From NCBI GenBank assembly GCA_963514005.1, contig OY740827.1:3596001-3660000 (forward strand): a DNA stretch of 64,000 nt. Direction: 5' to 3'. A model generated the notes under the pieces. The model saw only the letters and a list, made by a program, of their open reading frames with translations. It did not search any database and was not told where the DNA came from. A program made the translations under genes and the position numbers. The first letter of the stretch is position 1. Each line of letters begins with the position of its first letter. This document shows positions 25,521-36,460 of this stretch, in pieces. This stretch comes from Raja brachyura (lineage: Eukaryota).

Positions 25521-25640
25521 CTGTGTGGAGAACACAAATGTGTAGAGGGGAAAATTTGTATCAGGAAACGGAAATAAAATAAGGAAGTATTCTTTTATCA
25601 GCAAACGGTTAACCCCTTTCATCCCTGATGGGGCATGACT
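25521..25640 (-). promoter_or_regulatory. Candidate promoter with ETS (AGGAAGT) and IRF-like (GAAAcgGAAA) motifs
   Basis: aggaaacggaaataaaataaggaagta cluster immediately upstream of the candidate exon; motif match only. Confidence 0.3.
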
Positions 25641-26694
25641 TTGACTTAGTGGAGGGAGTGCTGTAATGTGGGAAGAGTCTCTCACTATCTCTGCAAACCT
25701 ACTCTGGCTCTGACCCTATTCCTGGACTCTGTCACCCCTTCCCCACCGGCTCCATGTCAAATGGAGGTATTTAATCTAACGGGTGTGACAGTCTCCTGTT
25801 CCACAGTGCCATGGTTAGGGTGCTCATTTGGACAAGACTGCACTGATTCAAGAATTGTATAGGAAACAACTGCAGATACTGGTTTAAATCGAAAATAGAC
25901 ACAAAATGCTGGAGTACCTCAGCGGGATAGGCAGCATCTCTGGAGAGAAGGGATAGGTGACGTTTCGGGTCTGAAGAAGGGTCTCGACCCGAAACATCAC
26001 CCATTCCTTCTCTCCAGCAATGCTGCCTGACCCGCTGAGTTACTGATTCAAGAATGTCTGGATTTGTGCAAGGCAAGTTTGCCCAACTAACTCAGCAAAG
26101 TTTTTCAATTAATTAGCAGAGAGTGAAAACCTAGAACAGAGAACAGCACAGCACAGGAACAGGCCCTTCGGCCCACAATGTCTGTGCCGAACATGATGCC
26201 AAATGATTCTCCTTTGCCTGCACATGATCTGGAACTCTGCATTCCCTGCATGTCCATGTGCCTATCTAAAGGCCACAAAAATACCACCGTCATCACAGCC
26301 TCTACCATCACCCCTAGGCACCATCACTCTCTGGATAAAAAACGATCGTCCCACCAAGTCCGCGCCAACCAGCGATGCCTGCACAGTAGTACCATCCGAT
26401 ACACACTAGGAACAATTATATATTTATACCAAGCCAATTAACCTATAAACCCGTACGTCTTTAGAATGTGGGAGGAACCAAAGTTATCGGAGAAAACCCA
26501 CGCAGGTCACTGGGAGAATGTGCAAGCTCTGTACAGACAACACATGTAGTCGGGATCGAACCCGAGTCTCTGGCGTTGTGAGGCAGCAACGCTACTGCTG
26601 CACCACCGTGCCACCCATTTCACCTTTCCCCCTCTAACCTTAATTTGCCCCCGTAAGTTGTTCCTAGTGTATGAGTAAGAGTCATGGAAACAGT

Positions 26695-26899
26695 GAAGTG
26701 GCAGAGACTTGAGTGGCCCAACGACCTCTTGCTTCACGAGGAAGTGGACAGAAGTAGGAACAGGACATTTAATGCGAACAATAAAAATGTTCTTTTTACA
26801 GAATGAAGAGAAAATGTATCGAACAGTTCCCCAAAGCTGAGGCTACAGAACAGTCCTTTTATTAATCAAGAAAGCAAAGTGCTGAACTGAGCGGATCTG
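26695..26899. repeat. Diverged ~205-bp direct repeat, copy 1 (copy 2 at 28396-28601), with conserved GGAAGT motifs
   Basis: Colinear blocks gaagtggcaga..ggccca..ggaagt.gacagaagt..aaaatgttcttt..acagaat..aaatgtatcg..caaagctgagg. Confidence 0.75.
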
Positions 26900-29518
26900 C
26901 GGAGGGCGTGGACTAGTGTCACCAGTTCCTTGTTTCCACAAACGACCTTTCAGATTGAGTCCCTTCTTCAGACTGAGGGAATAGAGGGTAGAAAACTGGA
27001 AAAGCAAAGTCATAGTCATAGTGATACAGGGTGGAAACAGGCCCTTCGGCCCAACTTGACGACACCGGCCAACTTGTCCCAGCTACACTAATCCCACCTG
27101 CCCACGTTTGGTCTATATCCCTCCAAACCTGTCCTACCCATATACCTGCCTGTTTCTTAAACGTTGGGCTAGCCAATGCCTCAACTACCTCCTCTGGCAG
27201 CTTGTTCCATGCACCAACCACCCTTTGTCAAAAAGTTACCCCTCAGATTCCAATTAACTTTTTCCCCCCTCTCACCTTTGGTTCTCGATTCACCTACTCT
27301 GGGCAAGAGACTCTGTGTGTCTACCCGATCTATTCCTCTCATGATTTTATACACCTCTGGAAGATCACCCTCATCTTCCTGCACTCCAAGGAATACTCAT
27401 CCTCTCCCTTTAGCTCAGACCATGGAGTCCTGGCAACATCCTCGTAAATTTTCTCCGTATGCTTTCCAACTAAAAACATCTTTTCTATCACACGGAGCCC
27501 AGAACGGAACGCGCATATTCTAAATGCGGCCTCACCAACGTGTTGTACAACTGCAACATGACCTCCCAACATCTACGCTGTGCGGACTATGTGAGCAGGT
27601 GTGACCGGGTCAAAGCCTGCCAAATGATAGTGGATACAGGTGAGGGGGGCAGATGATTACACTTGGTGGGAGAGTCTAAGACCAGAGGTCTCAGCCTCAG
27701 AATTGAAGGACATTCTTTTGGGGAGGCGATAACGAGGATTTCTTGTCAGGGTGGCGAATCTGTGGAATTCGTTACAACAGAAGGCTGTGGAGGCCGTCAA
27801 TTAATATTTTTTAAAGTACAAAATACACTAGATGGTTTCTTCATTAGTACGGGTGTCGGGTTATGGGGAAAAGGCAGGAGAATGCAGTTGGGAGGGAAAG
27901 ATAGACCAGCCATGATTGAATGTCGGTGTAGTCTTGATGGGCCGAATGGTTTAATTCGGCTCCTATCATAAGGAATAGTAGTAGAAGAACGTCTTTTAAT
28001 TCTGAGGCTGTGACCTCTATTCCTCGACTCACCCACTGGTGGAAACATCCTCTCCACATCCACTCTATCCAAGCCTTTTACTATTCTGTATGTTTCAATG
28101 AGATCCTCCTTCATTCTTCTTAACTCCAGCGAGTACAGGCCCAGTGCCGACAAGCGCTTATCATAGGTTAACCTAGTGATTCTTGGGATCATTCTTGTAA
28201 ACCTCCTCTTGACCCTCTCCAGAGCCAGCACATCCTTCCTCAGATACGATGCCCAAAATTGCTCACAATATTCCAAATATTACCAGCACCGTATAGAGCC
28301 TCAGCATTATATCCCTGTTTTTGTATACAAGCCCTATTGACATGTATGCTAGCATTGAGTTTGCTCTCTATATTACCATTATCACTATAACTTATGAAGT
28401 GGCAGAAACTCGAGAGGCCCAGCGAACTCTTGATATATGGGGAAGTAGACAGAAGTTGTGACAGGAAATTTAGTGCTAAAAATGAAAATGTTCTTTCACA
28501 GAATTAATGGAAATGTATCGCAGAGTTCTCCAAAGCTGAGGGTTCAAAACACTTCCTTTATCCATCGGGAAAACAAATGCAGGAGGAACTCAGCGGATCT
28601 GGGGGGGGGGGGGGGGGGTTAGACACAAAGGGCTGGAGTAACTCAGCGGGACGGGCAGCATCTTTGGAGAGGAGGAATGGGTGACGTTTCGGGTCAAGGC
28701 CCTTCTTCAGACTGAGTCAGTGGAGAGAGAAATGAGAGATATGGACGGTGATGTAGAGAGATATAAAACAAATGAATGAAAGACATGCAAAAAAAGTAAC
28801 AATGGTAAAGGAAGCAGGCCGTTGTTAGCGGTTTACTGTGTGAGAACAAGAAGCTGGTGTGACTTGGGTGGGGGAGGGATGGAGAGAGGGGGAACGCAGG
28901 GGTTACTTGAAGTTAGAGGAATCAATATTCATATCAGACCGAGAGGGGGCAAGGGAGGCGGTGCAAAAGCATCGACATTAGTCGGCAGGTCCGTCCGACA
29001 GAACTAAGATAGTAAGATTAAATGAGAACTTACCAGTTTGAAGTTTGATCTTTATTTTAGGAGGAGTTACGTTGAGGGACTACGTGAAGACCCCGCCAGC
29101 ACGCATGCGCAACATTCATGAAAGCAGCGGTGTGAAATCACAGATGACAGAGGTTGACCTAAAGATAAGAGAACTAGAATACCGTGAGTGATTTCGTGAA
29201 GATTTCAAAGCTCTGTGATTTCATGCTGTGGAAACGAGTCCACACACTGCATCAGTTGGCTAATGATGAGTGAACATTAATAATGCATTCAGACATGACA
29301 TAGATATGGACATGTTGATCCTTTTAATGAACAAATAATGATAATAGTAACCTTCCTCAACCAGGAGACTATAAACAGGACCTAAAATAGAGTTGGCAAA
29401 TACCCCCAGTCTGGCAATGGGTTAGTTCTAAAATGCTTCGGAAAGATCGTTCGTTTCACCATCCTGCATCTGCTAGGATATGGTCCCGTGAAACGTCCAT
29501 AACCCTGCTGCTGATATT

Positions 29519-31749
29519 AGAAACATAGACATAGAAATTAGGTGCAGGAGTAGGCCATTCGGCCCTTCGAGCCTGCACCGCCATTCAATATGATCATGGC
29601 TGATCATCCAACTCAGTATCCTGTACCTGCCTTCTCTCCATACCCTCTGATCCCCTTAGCCACAAGGGCCACATCTAACTCCCTCTTAAATATAGCCAAT
29701 GAACTGGCCTCAACTACCCTCTGTGGCAGAGAGTTCCAGAGACCCACCACTCTCTGTGTGAAAAACGTCCTTCTCATCTCGGTCCTAAAGGATTTCCCCC
29801 TTATCCTTAAGCTGTGACCCCTTGTCCTGGACTTCCCCAAGACCGGGAACAATCTTCCTGCATCTAGCCTGTCCAACCCCTTAAGAATTTTGTAAGTTTC
29901 TATAAGATCGCCTCTCAATCTCCTAAATTCTAGAGAGTATAAACCCAGTCTATGCAGTCTTTGTTCATAAGACAGTCCTGACATCCCAGGAATCAGTCTG
30001 GTGAACCTTCGCTGCACTCCCTCTATGGCAATAATGTCGTTCCTCAGATTTGGAGACCAGAACTGTACGCAATACTCCAGGTGTGGTCTCACCAAGACCC
30101 TATACAATTGAAGTAGAACCTCCCTGCTCCTATACTCAAATCCTTTTGCTATGAAAGCTAACATACCATTCGCTTTCTTCACTGCCTGCTGCACCTGCAT
30201 GCCTACTTTCAATGACTGGTGTAACAGGACACCCAGGTCACGCTGCATCTCCCCTTTTCCTAATCGGCCTCCATTTAGATAATAGTCTGTTTTCCTATTT
30301 TTGCCACCAAAGTGGATAACCTCACATTTATCCACATTATACTGCATCTGCCAAACATTTGCCCACTCACCCAGCCTATCCAAGTCACCTTGCAGTCTCC
30401 TAGCATCCTCCTCACAGCTAACACTGCCCCCCAGCTTAGTGTCATCCGCAAACTTGGAGATATTGCCTTCAATTCCCTCATCCAGATCATTTATGTATAT
30501 TGTAAATAGCTGGGGTCCCAGCACTGAGCCTTGCGGTACCCCACTAGTCACTGCCTGCCATTGTGAAAACGACCCGTTTACTCCTACTCTTTGCTTCCTG
30601 TTTGCCAGCCAGTTCTCTATCCACGTCAATACTGAACTCCCAATGCCGTATGCTTTAAGTTTATATAATAATCTCTTATGTGGGACCTTGTCGAAAGCCT
30701 TCTGGAAGTCCAGATACACCACATCCACTGGTTCTCCCCTATCCACGCTACTAGTTACATCCTCGAAAAATTCCACAAGATTCGTCAGACATGATTTACC
30801 TTTCGTAAATCCATGCTGACTTTGTCCAATGATTTCACCACTTTCCAAATGTGCTGCTATCCCATCTTTAATAACTGACTCTAGCAGTTTCCCCACTACC
30901 GATGTTAGACTAACTGGTCTGTAATTCCCCGTTTTCTCTCTTCCCCCCCCTTCTTAAAAAGACGGGTTACGTTTGCTACCCGCCAATCCTCAGGAACTAC
31001 TCCAGAATCTAAAGAGTTTTGAAAGATTATCACTAATGCATCCACTATTTCCGGAGCTACTTCCTTAAGTACTCTGGGATGCAGCCTATCTGGCCCTGGG
31101 GATTTATCGGCCTTTAATCCATTCAATTTACCCAACACCACTTCCCGACTAACCTGGATTTCACTCAAGTCCTCCTTTGACCCGCGGTCCCCTGCTATTT
31201 CCGGCAGATTATTTATGTCTTCCTTAGTGAAGACGGAACCAAAGTAGTTATTCAATTGGTCCGCCATATCCTTGTTCCCCATGATCAACTCACCTGTTTC
31301 TGACTGCAAGGGACCTACATTTGTTTTAACTAATCTCTTTCTCTTCACATATCTATAAAAACTTTTGCAGTCAGTTTTTATGTTCCCTGCCAGTTTTCTT
31401 TCATAATCTATTTTTCCTTTCCTAATCAAGCCCTTTGTCCTCCTCTGCTGGTTTCTGAATTTCTCCCAGTCCTCTGGTATGCTGCTTTTTCTGGCTACTT
31501 TGTATGCATCATCCTTTGCTTTGATACTATCCCTGATTTCCCTTGTTATCCACGGATGCACTGCCTTCCCTGATGTATTCTTTTGCCAAACTGGGATGAA
31601 CAATTTTTGTAGTTCATCCATGCAGTCTTTAAATGTCTTCCATTGCGTATCCAAGTATTTAAATGTCTTCCGTTGCGTATCCAAATCTTTAAATGTCTTC
31701 CATTGCGTATCCAAGTCTTTAAATGTCTTCCATTGCGTATCCAATTGCG
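29519..31749 (-). mobile_element. Young 5'-truncated CR1 LINE, same family as 2298-7019, nested in the DIRS recombinase
   Basis: Near-identical to 2298-4420; tail agaaacatagacatagaaa; 4-bp TSD/microhomology TATT (29515-29518 / 31750-31753) restores ..AAA ISAA.. Confidence 0.93.
29613..30896 (-). CDS. CR1 ORF2 reverse transcriptase + C-terminal domain (uninterrupted 427-codon segment)
   Basis: YLDFQKAFDKVPH, GVPQGSVLGP, FADDTK, LVRPHLEYCVQFWSP. The upstream part (30905-31744) is separated only by a frameshift at a G-run. Confidence 0.88.
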   Translation of the reverse strand: MGKLLESVIKDGIAAHLESGEIIGQSQHGFTKGKSCLTNLVEFFEDVTSSVDRGEPVDVVYLDFQKAFDKVPHKRLLYKLKAYGIGSSVLTWIENWLANRKQRVGVNGSFSQWQAVTSGVPQGSVLGPQLFTIYINDLDEGIEGNISKFADDTKLGGSVSCEEDARRLQGDLDRLGEWANVWQMQYNVDKCEVIHFGGKNRKTDYYLNGGRLGKGEMQRDLGVLLHQSLKVGMQVQQAVKKANGMLAFIAKGFEYRSREVLLQLYRVLVRPHLEYCVQFWSPNLRNDIIAIEGVQRRFTRLIPGMSGLSYEQRLHRLGLYSLEFRRLRGDLIETYKILKGLDRLDAGRLFPVLGKSRTRGHSLRIRGKSFRTEMRRTFFTQRVVGLWNSLPQRVVEASSLAIFKRELDVALVAKGIRGYGEKAGTGY

Positions 31750-31752
31750 TAT
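31624..31752. repeat. Four tandem 30-bp repeats at the CR1 5' truncation junction
   Basis: agtctttaaatgtcttccattgcgtatcca x4; single copy in the full-length element (~4392-4421). Confidence 0.93.
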
Positions 31753-32622
31753 TGCTGCAGCCTAGGTGGAGTGAGACTTGAAATGTCAGAGTTCACTCCT
31801 GTAACCCAGAACCCGTTTTAACCACCTGGAGATGGTCTGTAGTGATACCTTCTTATGAGGCTTTATGTGACGTAAACATTGCTAGTTCAGAGTCTCTAAG
31901 GCTCTAGTGGCCTTAACATACTGGTGTAGATGTGTGGCCACACATAACCGAAGGTCCGTGGGATATGCCAACAAACCTAGTTTGAGACCGGATGTCCCTG
32001 GTATATTTGCTTGACTAAGTCATAAACATAAATGTTATATTGCCTGCAGATATAATCATCCTGTCCAGTCACGGCTATGCAAAGACTTGACCCGTTGTGC
32101 TGAACTCAGCGCCATGAGCATAACCACTTTGTAAGTGAGTTTGACCAAGGACAGGGATGTTCCAATGTTAACATCCCATATCTCTGCGTACCTGGTCTGG
32201 GAGGTTTCGAGTTGAAGATACCTTTCATAATCTAGATATCAGAAGGTGAGACCCGACAGAGTGGATTTTCCGTAGCCAATATGATGAGAAGGCACGTTAG
32301 GCACAGTAAATGGCACTTTAAATTAATGATTGTCAAACCCCATACAGCACTGAACTTCAAGACGTCAGTCATCCGTGCCGAATTATAGGTAATATTAGTA
32401 TAAAACAAAAATACTTCCCATCTCCTTATGAGGAAGTACTGCTTATGTGGTGCTATCCCTGCAATTGCAGTGAGCGCGTACATGGTTTGGTTTAACAGCC
32501 CGAGCTGCAGGAATGATCTTCCCAATCTGCAAGTCAATGAATTGATTATATTATGTAGAGGATGGTTTCCCGAGTCACGGCTAACCACAATTTTTGTGTC
32601 TTGAAATAACTATATAAGTTTC

Positions 32623-34715
32623 TATTTTACTTCGGAGTCACGTGAGTGACTACGTGAAGAAGCCCTGCCAGGTGCATGCACGTCATAAAGTTGATGCATG
32701 TCGCAAGGAACGGACTTGAGACGCAGCTCCACCAGCGGAGATTAGAAGACCTCGCAGGCAAGTGGTTTAAACTACTTTCCAGCGGGTATTTAGGCTCCAT
32801 AACGCTGGCTTGCGAGTCAGGAGGAGATTGTGGAATGGAGCGCAGTGCGAGGAAATTGGTTCGTAGCAAGCGTGAGTCACGCAGCGATGCGGGTCCATCG
32901 CAGCGATCGGGAGTTAAGATAAGTGCGGTGCCGGTTCCGATACCGGTGGCCGTTATTCCCGTTGTTAATGAGTCTCCAGCTGCTCCAGTGTCGCAGGGCA
33001 CTGAGGCCACAACTATATGTAGAAAAAGCAAGAGAAAGTCTGTCAGGCCCGTTTTTTCTGACGGGTCTAATGAAGGGGATTCTCCTCCAGACAGAAAAAC
33101 AATGTGGGAGAGAATGGAACAAATGGAGAGAATGCTCCAAACTTTGATCAGCCAAGGGTCCAAAGACCCAGAACATTCCCAGGCAGCCTCCGAAGGAGTT
33201 CCATACAATGAATATGGTGCCTATACAGAATGGGAATCTGACCTTGTTTAGGTCTGTACGAGGTTTCCTTAGAGCAAGACTCGGGAGTACCAGGGCAGGA
33301 GGAGACTGACCCTGAAGCTGGTGTCCATACTCATGTGTATACACCAGAGCACAAGAGCCACGCTCCGGGTGTACCCGATGTAGCGCAAAGTTTTGCTATA
33401 CCGGAAGGGACTGGTGAGGCCATGGAAGAGAACCTGGCTGCCAAAATTAACTACTTGGTTTCTCACCAGCTCCAAGACACTGTTATGGCTGAAACAGCAG
33501 AGTTATATAAAACACCTGTCAATTGTGCTTCGCTCAGGGTGCCAACAGTGAATTCTGCAATTTGGGCAACCATGAGTGCAACGATGCGAGGGTAGGAAAT
33601 ATGTCTCCAGCGTGTCCTCAAGCTAATATCAGCTGGCATCACTGCGTTTGGAAAACAGATACAAGGGTCGACTATGTCCAAGATTCAGAAAGACATGCTG
33701 GCGTTATTTTGCAATGCTTATTTTGAATTAAATTGCATGAGAAAAATCGCCATTCGGCCAACATTGCACCCTAGATTTGCAGGATTGTGCAGGGCAAGCA
33801 ATGCTCAGGCATCAGATTACTTATTTGGTGAAAACCTGCCAAAACAAATCAAAGCCATTGATGAAGAGGAAAAACAATTGGCCTCATAAAACCTTTTATC
33901 CCTGCTCAGAGAAAACAAGCAGGCTGGATGCGAAGGGGGTTTGATTCCGGGGCAGGGACGAGCAGAGGCAGGTCAATGGGTAGAAAATATTATTAACCAG
34001 TACAGCCCAATATCAACCCTTATATTGGGAGAAGGAGACCTTCTCGGTCGTTTACTGAGGTACAGAAACTTCATTCCATCACAGATAAAACTTCTGGGGA
34101 ACAACCTCCAGTTGGGGGTAGATTACAATTGTTTTGTGATGAATGATGCTGTATAACATCTGATCGGTTTATACTGTCAGATTCTATAATAGAATTTATG
34201 GCAGATGATCCACCTGTATAGAATAAGCCTAATAGAATTTTGGTGTTTCCTGCACCAGAAACTTGTCAGATAAAAGAAGAAATTAAAAATTTATTCCAGA
34301 AAGGGGTAATTGAAAGAACGGCGAGTCATCCGCAACAATTTGTGTCCAATATATTCCCCAGACCAAAGAAAGATGGGGGTTGTAGAGTCATTCTGGACCT
34401 CACCAATTTGAATTTGTATGTCCAGTATAGGCATTTGAAAATGGACACCTTCAACACTGCAAAGCAGTTATTGTCACAAGGCTGTTAAAGGGCTACTATA
34501 GATCTAAAAGATGCTTATTATTCAGTGCCAATTCATTATCATTATCGCAGGTACTTGAAGTTTAATTGGATGGATCAGCTGTGGCAATTTAAAGCATTAT
34601 CTAATGGGTTAACTTCAGCTCCCAGGTTGTTCACAAAACTATTGAAACCAGCACTGGTGTTATTGAGGGCTCAATATCACATTGTAATGATTTATCTAAT
34701 TATATTTATCTAATT
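32623..34715 (+). mobile_element. DIRS-like retrotransposon 5' half: terminal repeat, gag-like ORF and partial RT (degenerate)
   Basis: ttttacttcggagtcacgtgagtgactacgtgaag start; gag-like TPVNCASLRVPTVNSAIW..YLFGENLPKQIK; RT FVSNIFPRPKKDGGCRVILDL..IDLKDAYYSVPI..GLTSAPRLFTKLLKP. Confidence 0.85.
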
Positions 34716-35099
34716 ATCTAAAAAGTGTAGGATAGTGTTAGTGTGCGGGGATCGCTGGTTGGTGTGGACTCAGTGAGCTGAAGGGCCTGCGTCCGCGCTC
34801 TATCTCTAAACTAAAGTAAACCAAACCATAAACAGTGTCGGAAGGAACCGCAGATGCTGGTTTAAACCAAAGAGAGGCACAAAATGCAGGAGTAACTCAT
34901 TGGGACGGGCAGCATCTCTGGACAGAAGGAATGGGTGACGTTTCGGGTCGAGACCCTTCTTCAGACTGAATCAGGGGTGAGAGCAACGAGAGATATAGAC
35001 GGTGATGTAGAGAGATAGAGAACAAATGAATGAAAACAAGTAATGATGATAAAGGAAACAATGTTGGCTGTATGCTAGCTGGGAACGAGAAGCTGGTGC

Positions 35100-36460
35100 A
35101 ACTTGGGGCAGGAAAATGTGCCTGGGACAGCTTGATGTGGGGTCTCGCATTGACCATTACTTTCTAAGAGGTGGGCCAAATCAGTCGAGTGAAGCCCAGT
35201 GGCAGGATAACCACCACAGTCCACAGGGTATCACCACCCCAGGCCAAGCTCAACCAACTACAGTCCCACAAACAGACACAAGTCCAGAGCCCAACCAGTC
35301 ACAGTCAGCGGTAGAGAGGAAGATTGAAGGGAAAAAGCTTGAAATCTTGTGGCCTAAATCCGGCCAGAGGAAAGAGTGGGAGACCATTAACACTGACCTC
35401 GTCCATCTTCTGGAAGGGTGGAAGGGATGTGTGGAAAGAACACTGGAGAAGATGGGAGACACCATATACAACTATGGGGCAGAGAGATTTGGGGTGAAGG
35501 TCATGAAACAGAGGGCACAGCAGGAACCAGCACCAGTACAAGTCCTGGAGGCAGCAGGAGATCAAAAGACTGGTGAAAGAAAGGAGGGAGCTGAGAAAGC
35601 AGAGCAGGAAGGCCACAGAGGCAGAAAGGAACAGGTAGGAGAAGTGGTGGTGCTGCCTAGCAGCTGCGGCTCGCCTGCAGTCCGTCTGCTCTTTCTTTTT
35701 TTCTTGTGTCTGTTTTAGTTCAATTTAGTTTATTAGGCTGTGTATGTGTGTGTGTGTGTGTGTGGGGGGGGGGTGAGGGGTTTGAGAAACAAGGATTTAT
35801 TCTCTCCCTTCGGGGGGATGCAACTTTTTCTTGTCGTGTCCCCCGTCTCTGTCTGTGCTGAGGCCTAATGGCGGAGCTGGCGGCCTCGGAGCGTTCCAGC
35901 GTTCCGGCAACGGCAGCGGACCCGGCTTCAGAGCTGTGGCGGCGTTCCAGTGTTCCGGCGACGGTGGCGGACCCGGCTTCAGAGCTGTGGCGTTCCAGCG
36001 TTCCGGCGACAGCAGCGGACCCGGCTTCAGAGCTGTGGTGTTCCAGCGTTCCGGCGATGGTGGCGGACCCAGCTTCAGAGCTGTGGCGGCGTTCCGGCAA
36101 CGGTGGCGGACCCGACTTCAGAGCTGTGGCGTTCCAGCATTCCGGCGACGGCGGCGGACCCGGCTTCAGAGCTGTGGTGGCGTTCCAGCGTTCTGGCGAC
36201 GGCGGCGGACCTGGCATCAGAGCTGTGGCGTTCCAGCGTTCCGGCGACAGCAGCGGACCCGTGGCGGCGTTCCAGCGTTCCCTGAAGAGTGTGGCTGAAG
36301 AGAAAAGATGCTGTCTGGGCTGCCACGTGACCATCTAGAGGCTAGCCATAAGACACACACCCATGTCTGATCACCCTGCGGTGGGCCTGCCTCGACTGAG
36401 GGTGTCGTGATAAAAGGTCGAAACACCCAGTGATGTTGAGGTAAGCAACTGAAGATGTGC
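35100..36460 (+). mobile_element. Internally deleted HERO-like (restriction-like endonuclease) non-LTR retrotransposon remnant, interrupted by a GC-rich repeat
   Basis: WPKS..KEWETINTDL..LE..G.VE..LEKMGDTIYNYGAERFG, C-terminal WLKRKDAVW*, and 3' segment gagggtgtc..cgaaacaccc..gatgtg; recognised from memory, not by search. Confidence 0.55.
35865..36280. repeat. CpG-rich 42-45-bp minisatellite (cttcagagctgtggcgttccagcgttccggcgacggcggcggacccgg)
   Basis: About 9-10 degenerate units, direct inspection. Confidence 0.9.

Larger units (their letters stand above)
29005..32600 (-). mobile_element. DIRS-like retrotransposon 3' half: degenerate tyrosine recombinase and terminal repeat, split by a nested CR1
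   Basis: Minus-strand peptides MKGIFNSKPPRP, KPHKKVSLQTISRWL, SHST*AAA|ISAA, DHILADAGW. The 29050-29110 segment (ctacgtgaag..gcatgc) resembles the terminal sequence at 32625-32680. Confidence 0.7.
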
